Below, in pieces: positions 27,877-38,776 of a stretch of DNA of 64,000 nucleotides. The position numbers and the translations under genes are program-made. Location of the stretch: positions 5,320-69,319 of the forward strand of contig JAIXQT010000249.1 in NCBI GenBank assembly GCA_027485595.1. The letters run 5' to 3'. Every line of letters begins with the position of its first letter. Positions within the stretch are counted from its first letter, which is position 1. Source of the DNA: Pseudomonadota bacterium (GTDB taxonomy: Bacteria; Bdellovibrionota_C; UBA2361; OMII01). Under the pieces are notes generated by a model. That model saw only the letters and a program-made list of their open reading frames with translations, made no database searches and had not been told where the DNA came from.

Positions 27877-29028
27877 ATGGTTATTAAGAACTTCGTTTTC
27901 TTTTTCCTGGCGCCGCTCTGCATTGCGTTCGGCCTTCAATTGGCCGGCGATATCGGCACTCAAGATAGTATCGCATATTGGAGCGCTGTTCAGGCCTTCG
28001 TGGCAGGAGAAAATCCGTATGAACCGAACATCCTCCTTCAATACCAGCTCACCGTTCATCCGAACCTTAAAACGTCACAGCTGTTTCTGAATCCGCCGTG
28101 GACCATTCCGCTCTTGCTGCCGCTATTCTATTGGGACTTCGCGACCTCGTCGCTCCTTCTCCTGTCTAGCAACATCTCCATTACCTTTTTTGCCTTGCGG
28201 AGACTTAGCGAGTTGGGCGCCCCGATTGCTCCTCGTTATGTGGTGCTCGTAGGAGCTTTTTTTCCGATCCTCTCATGTTGGTATTTCGGACAGCTCAGTT
28301 GTTTTCTATTGCTCGGCGCTATCCTGTCGCTTGAGTGGATCATTCAGAGCTATCAACCTTGGTGGAAACTGGCCGTTGCGCTACTCCTCTTCAGTATTAA
28401 GCCTCAGACACCCTTCATCCTAAGCGTGGCCCTGATGGTAACTGCCGTTAGACGAGGATCCTGGACCGATACATGTAAAGTCGCTTTGTTCGCGGTCGGT
28501 CCAGTCCTGTTTCTTACCTATCATGCCGAACTTTTGGAGTGGTGGGTTTCCTCCTTCGTTCATTCCGCCAAATGGGCGACGTCCTCTCTACCCTCGTTGG
28601 TCTCGACCTTTTTGTCCTCGGTGAATCGACCGAGCCTCTTAATGCTCCCGGCCGCTCTCACTACAGCGTTTGTGCTCGTGCTCGAAAGAGGATTAATGAC
28701 CCCATATCGCTTCATCTGCTATGTGATTATCTCTGCATTGCTGGCTCCGTACGCCTGGGTATTCGACTTCTCACCCTTTGTGATAATCACCTACGCAGTT
28801 TCGGTAGTAGGAATACAACAACAACCGTATCTCCTGAAGCGACGCGCCTATATCGCTGCTCTTGTGGTTCTCTGCCTCCCCTTTGAAGCTCTGTTAACTG
28901 ACAATCTCCAAGCCTATGCGCTTCATCCACTTATTGTGGTCGCCTTGTTTTGGTTCATCCGTCATTCCATTAATGACGTATTCAGTACAAGCGCTCTCTC
29001 TACGGGCACCTTTACCTCCATGCGGTAG
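27877..29028 (+). CDS. Polytopic membrane protein, DUF2029/GT87-like glycosyltransferase
   Basis: About 10 TM segments, with QDSIAYWSAVQAFVAGENPYE and FLNPPWTIPLLLPL resembling the GT87/DUF2029 N-terminal motifs. This is my pattern recognition only. Confidence 0.5.
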   Translation: MVIKNFVFFFLAPLCIAFGLQLAGDIGTQDSIAYWSAVQAFVAGENPYEPNILLQYQLTVHPNLKTSQLFLNPPWTIPLLLPLFYWDFATSSLLLLSSNISITFFALRRLSELGAPIAPRYVVLVGAFFPILSCWYFGQLSCFLLLGAILSLEWIIQSYQPWWKLAVALLLFSIKPQTPFILSVALMVTAVRRGSWTDTCKVALFAVGPVLFLTYHAELLEWWVSSFVHSAKWATSSLPSLVSTFLSSVNRPSLLMLPAALTTAFVLVLERGLMTPYRFICYVIISALLAPYAWVFDFSPFVIITYAVSVVGIQQQPYLLKRRAYIAALVVLCLPFEALLTDNLQAYALHPLIVVALFWFIRHSINDVFSTSALSTGTFTSMR

Positions 29029-29138
29029 TGGCGAGGAGCGGAGTTTATGGGAAAGACTGGTCGCCTAATTCTCGCACATCCCAAAAGACCAACACGGCGC
29101 CCAGGAACGCGCGCCCTCCCGAACTCGGATCTGTAAGC

Positions 29139-29168
29139 ATAAAAAACGGAGCCTCAATGGACTCCGTT
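29139..29168 (-). terminator. Rho-independent terminator after the 39-aa basic protein gene
   Basis: The minus strand reads aacggag-tccattgagg-ctccgtt followed by ttttat. Confidence 0.7.
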
Positions 29169-29199
29169 CTCTCCAGGCATCAGGTGCCTTGCTCAAACC

Positions 29200-29319
29200 T
29201 TACTTAGCTGCAGCCTTAGCCTTGCTAGCTTTAAGGTTGTTCTTCTTGTTGCGCTTCATAACACGCTTAGCGCTACGAGCTGCTCGACGGTTCTCAGTGA
29301 TTTTAGTTGGCGATGCCAT
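29200..29319 (-). CDS. Small highly basic protein (39 aa), possibly ribosome- or nucleic-acid-associated
   Basis: MASPTKITENRRAARSAKRVMKRNKKNNLKASKAKAAAK. ATG at 29319 is preceded by AAGGAG plus an 8-nt spacer, and an intrinsic terminator lies 32 nt downstream. The longer track ORF (to 29385) lacks an RBS. Confidence 0.6.
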   Translation of the reverse strand: MASPTKITENRRAARSAKRVMKRNKKNNLKASKAKAAAK

Positions 29320-29437
29320 AACACGACTCCTTAAAAAATCTTGAACAAGAAAGGTACCGGGAAAGCGACCCATGGTCAACTCCACCCCGGACCCCCCCTA
29401 TATAACTATGGAGGCGAGGCAAAACCCGCCGTTTCGC

Positions 29438-29536
29438 GACGTGAACGTGCTCGTGCACCTAAACGTACCCGAAATGAAAAGATCAATGTTTTCGGGTACG
29501 TTCACGTTTATGCTCACGTTCACGTGTACGTGTTTA
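29438..29536. repeat. ACGT-phased hexamer array / imperfect palindrome (copy 2 of 2)
   Basis: The sequence reads gacgtg aacgtg ctcgtg caccta aacgta cccgaa atgaaa agatca atgttt tcgggt acgttc acgttt atgctc acgttc acgtgt acgtgt. It has the same core (aaacgtacccgaaa ... ttttcgggtacgtt) as 5612-5717. Confidence 0.8.
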
Positions 29537-29576
29537 GCCAAATGGCTAGCGCCCTCGTGGGTCTTGCCGTGATTCC

Positions 29577-32147
<2,571 letters not shown>

Positions 32148-32277
32148 CTAACCACTTGAAACAAAAGTGCTTTTTAAATACTTTACGGACGCCTCTCTGT
32201 CGGGCTTGATTTCACAACGTAAATACTCAATTTTTCGAGATTTCTCGTGATTGGTCACCTTTCACGAGGCGATGATC

Positions 32278-33375
32278 TTACTGCGACGTAACCACTCCTT
32301 GTGAAACCGTCAGTATTCTCAAATCAGGGCTGTGGATAAGTTGTGGAGAAGGTCCCTCTGTACCCGTAACGATTATCTGTCTCGCCTTGTTGAGAAGTGC
32401 CGTAAATAGCCGCTCAGACCGAGCTTTATCGAGTTCTGAGTCAACATCATCGAGGATAACCACAGGGGACTCCCCAGTTGAGGATTCAATCATCTCGATG
32501 ACTCCCAGCTTCATTGACAGTACCACGCTCCTCGTCTGCCCTTGAGAGGCGTACGCTCGGGCATCAACTCCTCCAAGGGTCACACTGACATCATCACGCT
32601 GCGCGCCGAGGGTTGCGCTTCTCATAGCCATCTCGCGAGCAGCCGCACCTTCAAAACGAGCGAGAATCTCATCCTCAGAGAGAACCCTCCCATCCTGAAA
32701 GAAATCAGATTCTAGGGTTAGTTTGAGCTCTCCATCGGTCGGAGCGTAGAGCCTGTGAAAAGCGCTCGATTTATCCGATAGCGATTCCAAAAACTTAACT
32801 CGGTTATCAACAATCTTTCCACACGACTGAGCAAGGAGTTCGTTCCACGGCTTGAGGTGCGCGTACGTACAGCCTGGCTGCTTCAGCACGGCGCTCTTGC
32901 TCGCCAAAGCCCTCTGGTAGCCCATCAAGACCTTAATGAAGGGAGGGGTAAGGTCTACCATGTGTCGATCGAGAAACCGTCTCCTGCCTGCTGGAGAGCC
33001 TTTGACGAGGGAGAGATCTGCTGGGGAGAAGGCGATCACCCGGAGACGTCCGATCAGGTCGGTCATCGAATCGAGATCTTTGCCGTTACTGAGAGCCCTG
33101 CGTTCACCCGACGTAAACACTAAACCGAGCTCTTCGGTTCCATGTGACGAGGTAACGGTTCCAAAAATAGAACACTCCCTCTCTCCCCACTTTAAAAGTT
33201 CACTTGATGAGTTCGTTCGAAACGATCGAGATCCCGAGAGGAGATAGATCGACTCAACGAGGTTCGTCTTACCGTTTCCGTTGAGGCCAGAGATATACAC
33301 GGGCCCCGATCCAAGCTCGATCGTTTGATCGGCTAGGTTTCGGAACTTGTATATTTTTAAACGTGAGACGTGCAA
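32278..33375 (-). CDS. recF: DNA replication and repair protein RecF
   Basis: N-terminus LKIYKFRNL...GLNGNGKTNLVESIY (Walker A), a TTG start, and the canonical dnaA-dnaN-recF-gyrB order. Confidence 0.92.
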   Translation of the reverse strand: MHVSRLKIYKFRNLADQTIELGSGPVYISGLNGNGKTNLVESIYLLSGSRSFRTNSSSELLKWGERECSIFGTVTSSHGTEELGLVFTSGERRALSNGKDLDSMTDLIGRLRVIAFSPADLSLVKGSPAGRRRFLDRHMVDLTPPFIKVLMGYQRALASKSAVLKQPGCTYAHLKPWNELLAQSCGKIVDNRVKFLESLSDKSSAFHRLYAPTDGELKLTLESDFFQDGRVLSEDEILARFEGAAAREMAMRSATLGAQRDDVSVTLGGVDARAYASQGQTRSVVLSMKLGVIEMIESSTGESPVVILDDVDSELDKARSERLFTALLNKARQIIVTGTEGPSPQLIHSPDLRILTVSQGVVTSQ

Positions 33376-33486
33376 AGGGGAGGGGCTTTGGAAGAGGCAG
33401 AGAAATAAACATCCCCCTACGCCAAGGCTTCGGGGGACAAGGGTTTCGGGGGATAATTTTTGCTGTATTTTTAAATTTTCAAAAAA

Positions 33487-34650
33487 TTACTTATCCAACC
33501 GCAACGGCATCACGATTCCGAAACACGATTCATCGGACTCAGCGTAGAACTTACCGGGACCGGTCTCGCCGTTCAGTTCGAGAACGAACGGTTGATTCTC
33601 TCCGATCGTGCCTAGCACATCGATGATATACCGAGCGTTGAATCCAACAGAGAAATCTTTTCCTGTGTACTGGATCTCAAGCTCCTCTTGAGCCTCACCG
33701 AGTTCAGGTGACGAGCTCGAGATACGAACCAAGTTCGTGAAGAAATCAAAACGAACACCTTTGTTCTTATCACTCACGACGAGCGACACACGCTTGAGCG
33801 CGTGCGCGAGCTGTGAGCTCAACACGGTGATCTTGTTTCCCTCCTGCTTCGGAAGTACCTGCTCATAGTTCGGGAACTCACTATCGAGAAGCCGCACAAC
33901 AAGTTTCCAAGCCGGTCCCTCAACTACAAGGAACCCTTCACTCACATCAACACCAACCGGCACATCACCAACGGTCTCAAGAGCCTTGCGAACTTCGGCG
34001 ATTCCCTTGCGAGGAACGATAACGTGATCAACGGAAGCGTTCGTCTTGCCGGTACCCTTGTGGGAAAGTCCGGTAAAAGCTACCCCCTCAAGTGGGCGAG
34101 TTATTAAAGCAAGTCTGTGACCATCAGTCGCGACCATTCCGATACCAGAGGCCTTGCCTTCCTTAGTGATCTCAAGACACACGCCGTTCATGTTATATCG
34201 ACCCTCATCGAGAGAAACCGCGTACAGGGTCTTGTTGATCATCTCGATCAGGGTAGGGGCCGGCAACTTACACTTAGTCTTCAACGCGAGCCCTGGCGGG
34301 ACCGGATATTCCTCAGCTCCAACACCAACGATCTTCATCTTTGAACTACCGGCCACGACCTCGATCCGATCTCGATCTACCGATCGGATCGTGATCTCAC
34401 CATCGGGAAGCTCTCGAACGAGATCTCCAAACACCTTTGCGCTCACGGTGATTGATCCCTGCTTTTTAACGGACGCTGATGACGAAGCGATCGCTGTGAT
34501 CTCAAGATCACTCGCCGTTACTTTGAAATTCTTATCCTCCGCAGAGAGCAAGATATTTCCAAGAATGGGCATGGTTGATTTCTTTTCCGCTATCGCGAGC
34601 GTTACATGAAGAAGTTTCGAAAGCTCTGTTTTTGAAATTGTAATCTCCAT
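33487..34650 (-). CDS. dnaN: DNA polymerase III beta sliding clamp
   Basis: 387 aa with typical beta-clamp sequence (PILGNILL, ATDGHRLA, MPLRL at the C-terminus). GGGAG SD. Confidence 0.95.
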   Translation of the reverse strand: MEITISKTELSKLLHVTLAIAEKKSTMPILGNILLSAEDKNFKVTASDLEITAIASSSASVKKQGSITVSAKVFGDLVRELPDGEITIRSVDRDRIEVVAGSSKMKIVGVGAEEYPVPPGLALKTKCKLPAPTLIEMINKTLYAVSLDEGRYNMNGVCLEITKEGKASGIGMVATDGHRLALITRPLEGVAFTGLSHKGTGKTNASVDHVIVPRKGIAEVRKALETVGDVPVGVDVSEGFLVVEGPAWKLVVRLLDSEFPNYEQVLPKQEGNKITVLSSQLAHALKRVSLVVSDKNKGVRFDFFTNLVRISSSSPELGEAQEELEIQYTGKDFSVGFNARYIIDVLGTIGENQPFVLELNGETGPGKFYAESDESCFGIVMPLRLDK

Positions 34651-35077
34651 GAGTCTCCCTATTGTTTCTTTATTTAATATAAATCTAGTGAATAATAGTA
34701 AGTCAGGCCCATTTCCGGGGATAAGTTTCCTAACTATAAGTTTTTAAACTTTAAATTCCACTTAAAACGTGTTGGTAAGCTCTGCAAAAATTTCGAACTT
34801 ACCCACAGCCGAATTGTGTCTCCACAACGATCCCGATCTTCCCACCCCTCTCCACCAAGTTATCCACAGGGTTTTACCGGGTGGTGGTGCTCCCTCCTCA
34901 TCGAATATGTGCACGCTGCACATATCCGCCTGGTCGATCACGATCGAAGGGGTGAGTAGAGTGTGAATTACCGCGCAGACCTGTTGATAACCCGGTTGAA
35001 AACCTCTGTAGTATCCACTTAACCACATGGTGGTAAAAGCTGTTGGTAATGTGCGTAGCTATCTGATTTTAATAGCT
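34651..35077. other. dnaA-dnaN spacer with AT-rich tract and DnaA boxes (candidate oriC part / DUE)
   Basis: Perfect TTATCCACA at 34860-34868. One-mismatch boxes at 34799-34807 (TTACCCACA) and 34982-34990 (TGTTGATAA). The AT-rich stretch at 34661-34790 includes tttatttaatataaatc and aagtttttaaactttaaatt. Confidence 0.55.
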
Positions 35078-36697
35078 TTAGCCGAAGAGTCTCTTCTCGA
35101 TTTCTTCAACCAAAACCTTTACCTGGGCATCTGTGGATAACTTGCTCGAGACAACTGTAGCGGCGTGGATAACGCTTGAGTGGTCTCGACCACCAAAGTG
35201 CTCACCTATCTCAGGGTAGGAGGCTGTGGTGTGTTTTCGGCAGAGATACATCGCGATGTGGCGCGGGAACGAGAGGTTTTTTGTTCGCCGCTTCGAGATG
35301 ATGTCAGCGACCTTGAGGTTGAAGTGGGTCGCGACCGCTTTTTTAATATCATCAACCGAAACGTTCACAACTTTTGGCTGAAGCAGAGGCTTTAAAGCCA
35401 TGCGTGCCATGTCCATCGAGATGGAAACGTTTTGGATAGAGCTCACGGCATGAAGTCGGGTGAGAGCACCCTCTAACTCACGAACGTTGGACGATATCTT
35501 CTCAGCTATAAGGTGTCCGACCTCTTCAGGGAGGTGGAAATTTTCAAGAAGGGCCTTCTGTTTTAGAATCGCTACGCGCGTTTCGAAATCTGGCGCCTGT
35601 AGATCCGCTGTTAATCCCCATGAGAAACGAGTTTGAAGTCGCTCTTCGATGCCTGGGATGTCGGTTGGGATCTTATCTGAGGTAATAACAATTTGACGCT
35701 TAGCGCTGTAGAGTGCGTTGAAGGTGTGGAAGAACTCCTCTTGAGTTCTCTCTTTGCCAACGATGAATTGAATATCGTCGATGAGGAGAACCTCAATCGT
35801 TCGAAGTCGTCGCTTGAACTCTTCCATCTTGGCGTGTCGAAGCGCAAGGATGAGTTCGTTTGTGAATGTCTCTGAGGACATGTAGAGAACTCGGGCAAGC
35901 GGATTTCTTTGGAGAACGGCGTTGCCTATCGCGTGGAGAAGATGCGTCTTTCCGAGCCCCACTCCACCATAAATAAAGAGGGGGTTGTAACTCTGACCGG
36001 GCTTTTCGGCTACACGCATAGCCGCCGCGTGACAGAATTGGTTGCTGTTACCAACAACGAAATCTTGAAAGGTGTAACGAGGGTTAATATTGTTAAAAAC
36101 CTCGCCCTCAACCGGAGCTTGCGCAGTAATTACAGACGGTTGAGCCGTTTGTTGTTCCTGTGGTCGAGACTCCTCTACAGGAGTTGGTCTCACCCTCTTA
36201 ACGATAAACGGTGTTGCTGGGCGCCGCAGACTTGATGTTCCATCAGAACTGCTTGCGAGAGGCGCCTCTCGGGGAATGATAGAGAGAATGATATCGGGAG
36301 CGTCGAGGAAGTGTGCCAACCGTTCTCGGAGAGGGTCTGCGTAATGCGCGATAACGTAGTTGCAGATAAGTCGTGAGGGGCCTCGAACGGTAAATTTCTC
36401 AGGACTTGATTGCTCCACATCGACGGAAAGAGGTTCGATGTAGGCAGCGACGATGTGCGGATTAACCTCGGAGCATACATCAGCAACTGCTAATGCCCAA
36501 CTTTGCTCAAGAGAAGCTTGTTCGATCTGGGATGATGGGGAGACTGAGGAAGAAAAAGATGTAGAAGAAGAAACCGTAGAGGCAGCAACTACTGAGCGAG
36601 AAGTAGAGAGTGTCTCCTCGTGAGAGGAGAGGGGTTCAGCGATAAGTTCGCTCTGGCTAAATTTCTCTGGCGCCAGGTTTTCTACCATGCTCCTCAC
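35078..36697 (-). CDS. dnaA: Chromosomal replication initiator protein DnaA
   Basis: GGVGLGKTHLL, IDDIQF and the C-terminal DNA-binding domain with RDHSSVIHA. It has an N-terminal Ser-rich extension. The start is either GTG 36697 or ATG 36688. Confidence 0.95.
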   Translation of the reverse strand: MRSMVENLAPEKFSQSELIAEPLSSHEETLSTSRSVVAASTVSSSTSFSSSVSPSSQIEQASLEQSWALAVADVCSEVNPHIVAAYIEPLSVDVEQSSPEKFTVRGPSRLICNYVIAHYADPLRERLAHFLDAPDIILSIIPREAPLASSSDGTSSLRRPATPFIVKRVRPTPVEESRPQEQQTAQPSVITAQAPVEGEVFNNINPRYTFQDFVVGNSNQFCHAAAMRVAEKPGQSYNPLFIYGGVGLGKTHLLHAIGNAVLQRNPLARVLYMSSETFTNELILALRHAKMEEFKRRLRTIEVLLIDDIQFIVGKERTQEEFFHTFNALYSAKRQIVITSDKIPTDIPGIEERLQTRFSWGLTADLQAPDFETRVAILKQKALLENFHLPEEVGHLIAEKISSNVRELEGALTRLHAVSSIQNVSISMDMARMALKPLLQPKVVNVSVDDIKKAVATHFNLKVADIISKRRTKNLSFPRHIAMYLCRKHTTASYPEIGEHFGGRDHSSVIHAATVVSSKLSTDAQVKVLVEEIEKRLFG

Positions 36698-37115
36698 ACA
36701 TTTCTTGGTCGCTATTGAAGCAAGCTACATGCTCGTGGGGGTGTGAGTTGAACTTTTTGATTCTTGATGCGCGACCGCACCACTCACATCACAAGAGCGA
36801 CAAAGCGTTATAGTACGAGGAGAGAAAATTACAAGAATTTAGTGACGAATTTTTGTCACCGCGGGAACGGACGAGTAAATAATAGCAAAGTCGATTTTTA
36901 TTTCAAGTAATTTAAACAAGACGGTTATGCATTATGTGCCAAGCGATTGCTCCTTCGGCAATGGCACGGGAACACAGTCGTCGCCACGTTTTGAACTGTC
37001 GATGGGAGAATGGTGGAGGCCATGGTGATATTTGCGACCGTCTCCGGGGTAACCCTCGCAAAGGTTTGCCTTAATCGCCCAAATCTTATACAACAGGGGC
37101 GCTTAAAGGGTAGCA

Positions 37116-37844
37116 ATGGAAGCACACTATACATACCTCAATTCACTGGGATTAACTGACGCTAACACCCAAAAGTTTGTGACGGCGTTGGCGCTCGGTT
37201 CAGCGTTGCTTTTCGTCGGCGCAACAAGCGCTCGCGCTTTGAGCCGACGTCGCAAAGTGCTTGGCGTTGAGCAGGGTGTTGTTCCTGAGAAAAGCATAAC
37301 AACATCAGGTATTTTTGATTTGTTCATGGATGGGTTCGTTTCCTTCCAAGACTCTATACTTGGAAAAGAGGGACGTAAGTACGTTCCCCTCACAGCGACT
37401 ATCTTCCTCTACACATTCGTTCTCAATATGATTGGGTTGATTCCCGGAATGCCGGCACCAACCACAACCGTGTGGATAACGGTTCCGCTAGGAATCTTTA
37501 TTTTCTTTGCTTTCAACTTCTACGGAATCAAAGAGCAAGGCCTGTGGCCTTACCTTAAACACTTTGCGGGCCCAGTATGGTGGCTTGCATGGTTCTTCCT
37601 TCCGCTTGAAATCATGGGAGCGTTCTTACGAATCCTGACGATTAACCTTCGACTTTACTGGAATATTACGGCGGACCATATCGTTCTGGGGCTCTTTACT
37701 GAGCTCGTTCAGATCCTTATCCCCGTTGTGTTCCTAGCGTTGGGAACCTTCGTATGCTTTATGCAGGCGTTTGTTCCAACAATCCTTACAATGATATATA
37801 TATTGCTCGCGACCCAGCACGAAGAGAGCGAGGGGCATCACTAA
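37116..37844 (+). CDS. atpB: F-type ATP synthase F0 subunit a (divergent)
   Basis: 242-aa polytopic protein with the conserved Arg context LTINLRLYWNITADH (canonical LRLFGNxxAGH). It is directly followed by the subunit c gene. Confidence 0.8.
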   Translation: MEAHYTYLNSLGLTDANTQKFVTALALGSALLFVGATSARALSRRRKVLGVEQGVVPEKSITTSGIFDLFMDGFVSFQDSILGKEGRKYVPLTATIFLYTFVLNMIGLIPGMPAPTTTVWITVPLGIFIFFAFNFYGIKEQGLWPYLKHFAGPVWWLAWFFLPLEIMGAFLRILTINLRLYWNITADHIVLGLFTELVQILIPVVFLALGTFVCFMQAFVPTILTMIYILLATQHEESEGHH

Positions 37845-37895
37845 GATTTTGATTTAGTTTTTCACTTTGGATGAAAAAAGAAGGAGATGAGTAAA

Positions 37896-38219
37896 ATGAA
37901 GGCAATCAAGAACATCGCATCGAAGAGCTTTTACGCTTTGGCCGCTATTGTGGCAGCTCTTATGCCAGTCGTTTCAGCGGTAGCTGAGGACGCTCAAGCT
38001 GGTCAGGCTTCAGCTCTCAAGCCTCTTGGAGCAGGTCTCGCAATCGGAATGGCTGTAGTTGGTGGCGCACTCGGACAGGGACGTGTTGTAGGCTCAATGC
38101 TTGAGTCGTTCGGACGTAACCCTTCTGTTGGCGGCAAGCTGCTTACTCCGATGATGATCGGAATGGTTCTTATCGAGTCTCTCGTAATTCTCGCGTTCGT
38201 AATTGCATTCACAATGTAG
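37896..38219 (+). CDS. atpE: F-type ATP synthase F0 subunit c
   Basis: Hairpin proteolipid: GLAIGMAVVGGALGQG ... MVLIESLVILAFVIAF (carboxylate Glu). ATG at 37896 has better SD spacing (GAAGGAG + 9 nt) than 37887. Confidence 0.88.
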   Translation: MKAIKNIASKSFYALAAIVAALMPVVSAVAEDAQAGQASALKPLGAGLAIGMAVVGGALGQGRVVGSMLESFGRNPSVGGKLLTPMMIGMVLIESLVILAFVIAFTM

Positions 38220-38251
38220 TTAGCGGCGCTCATGCACGAGATGAGCTGGAG

Positions 38252-38280
38252 GGCTCCACCGAAAGGTGGGGCCTTTTTTA
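38252..38280 (+). terminator. Rho-independent terminator after atpE
   Basis: ggctccacc-gaaa-ggtggggcc is followed by tttttt (38274-38279). Confidence 0.8.
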
Positions 38281-38396
38281 TTGGAGCCGTCCGTTCCGTT
38301 TCCGAAGGTGGGGTGGAGTGCTGTGGTTTTTAGAGAGCCAGACACCTACCGAGGTGAAGAAACTCCTTCCATTTGACTGCCCGCAAGACCACAGCA

Positions 38397-38705
38397 TGTG
38401 GATAACTCTGTGGAAAAGTATGTGGATATCCACAGGATAAATTGGGGACTACTCATCGATACAGGACCTGTCGGCTCCTATTGGAGCCTTAGTTGGGTGA
38501 GGATAGATCGGTCTTCTCAACAGAATGTTCACAGGTGATAACAGGTTATCCACAAATGTGCGGGAAATTTGTGGGTAACTAATGTATCTGTATGGATCTG
38601 CTTAGTTTTGTGCCGGTAGAGACTTATCCACAGCGGATGTGGATAAGTAGGGTGCTCTGTGGGAAATACCAGGAGCTAAGTAATTAAAATATTTTTACTT
38701 TTAGA
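38397..38705. other. DnaA-box cluster with AT-rich flank (strongest oriC candidate)
   Basis: Perfect boxes: 38397-38405 TGTGGATAA, 38546-38554 TTATCCACA, 38624-38632 TTATCCACA, 38638-38646 TGTGGATAA. One-mismatch boxes: 38409-38417, 38421-38429, 38426-38434, 38570-38578. AT-rich taagtaattaaaatatttttacttttag lies at about 38667-38705. The region sits between the terminators of two convergent genes. Confidence 0.7.
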
Positions 38706-38743
38706 CAAAGCAAAAGGGGTGGGCCGTTATGGCGCCACCCCTT
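38706..38743 (-). terminator. Rho-independent terminator after trxB
   Basis: The minus strand reads aggggtgg-cgccataacggc-ccacccct followed by tttgctttg. Confidence 0.7.
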
Positions 38744-38776
38744 TCGCGAGTTGTGAGTAGTCTAGCTTATTTCGAC

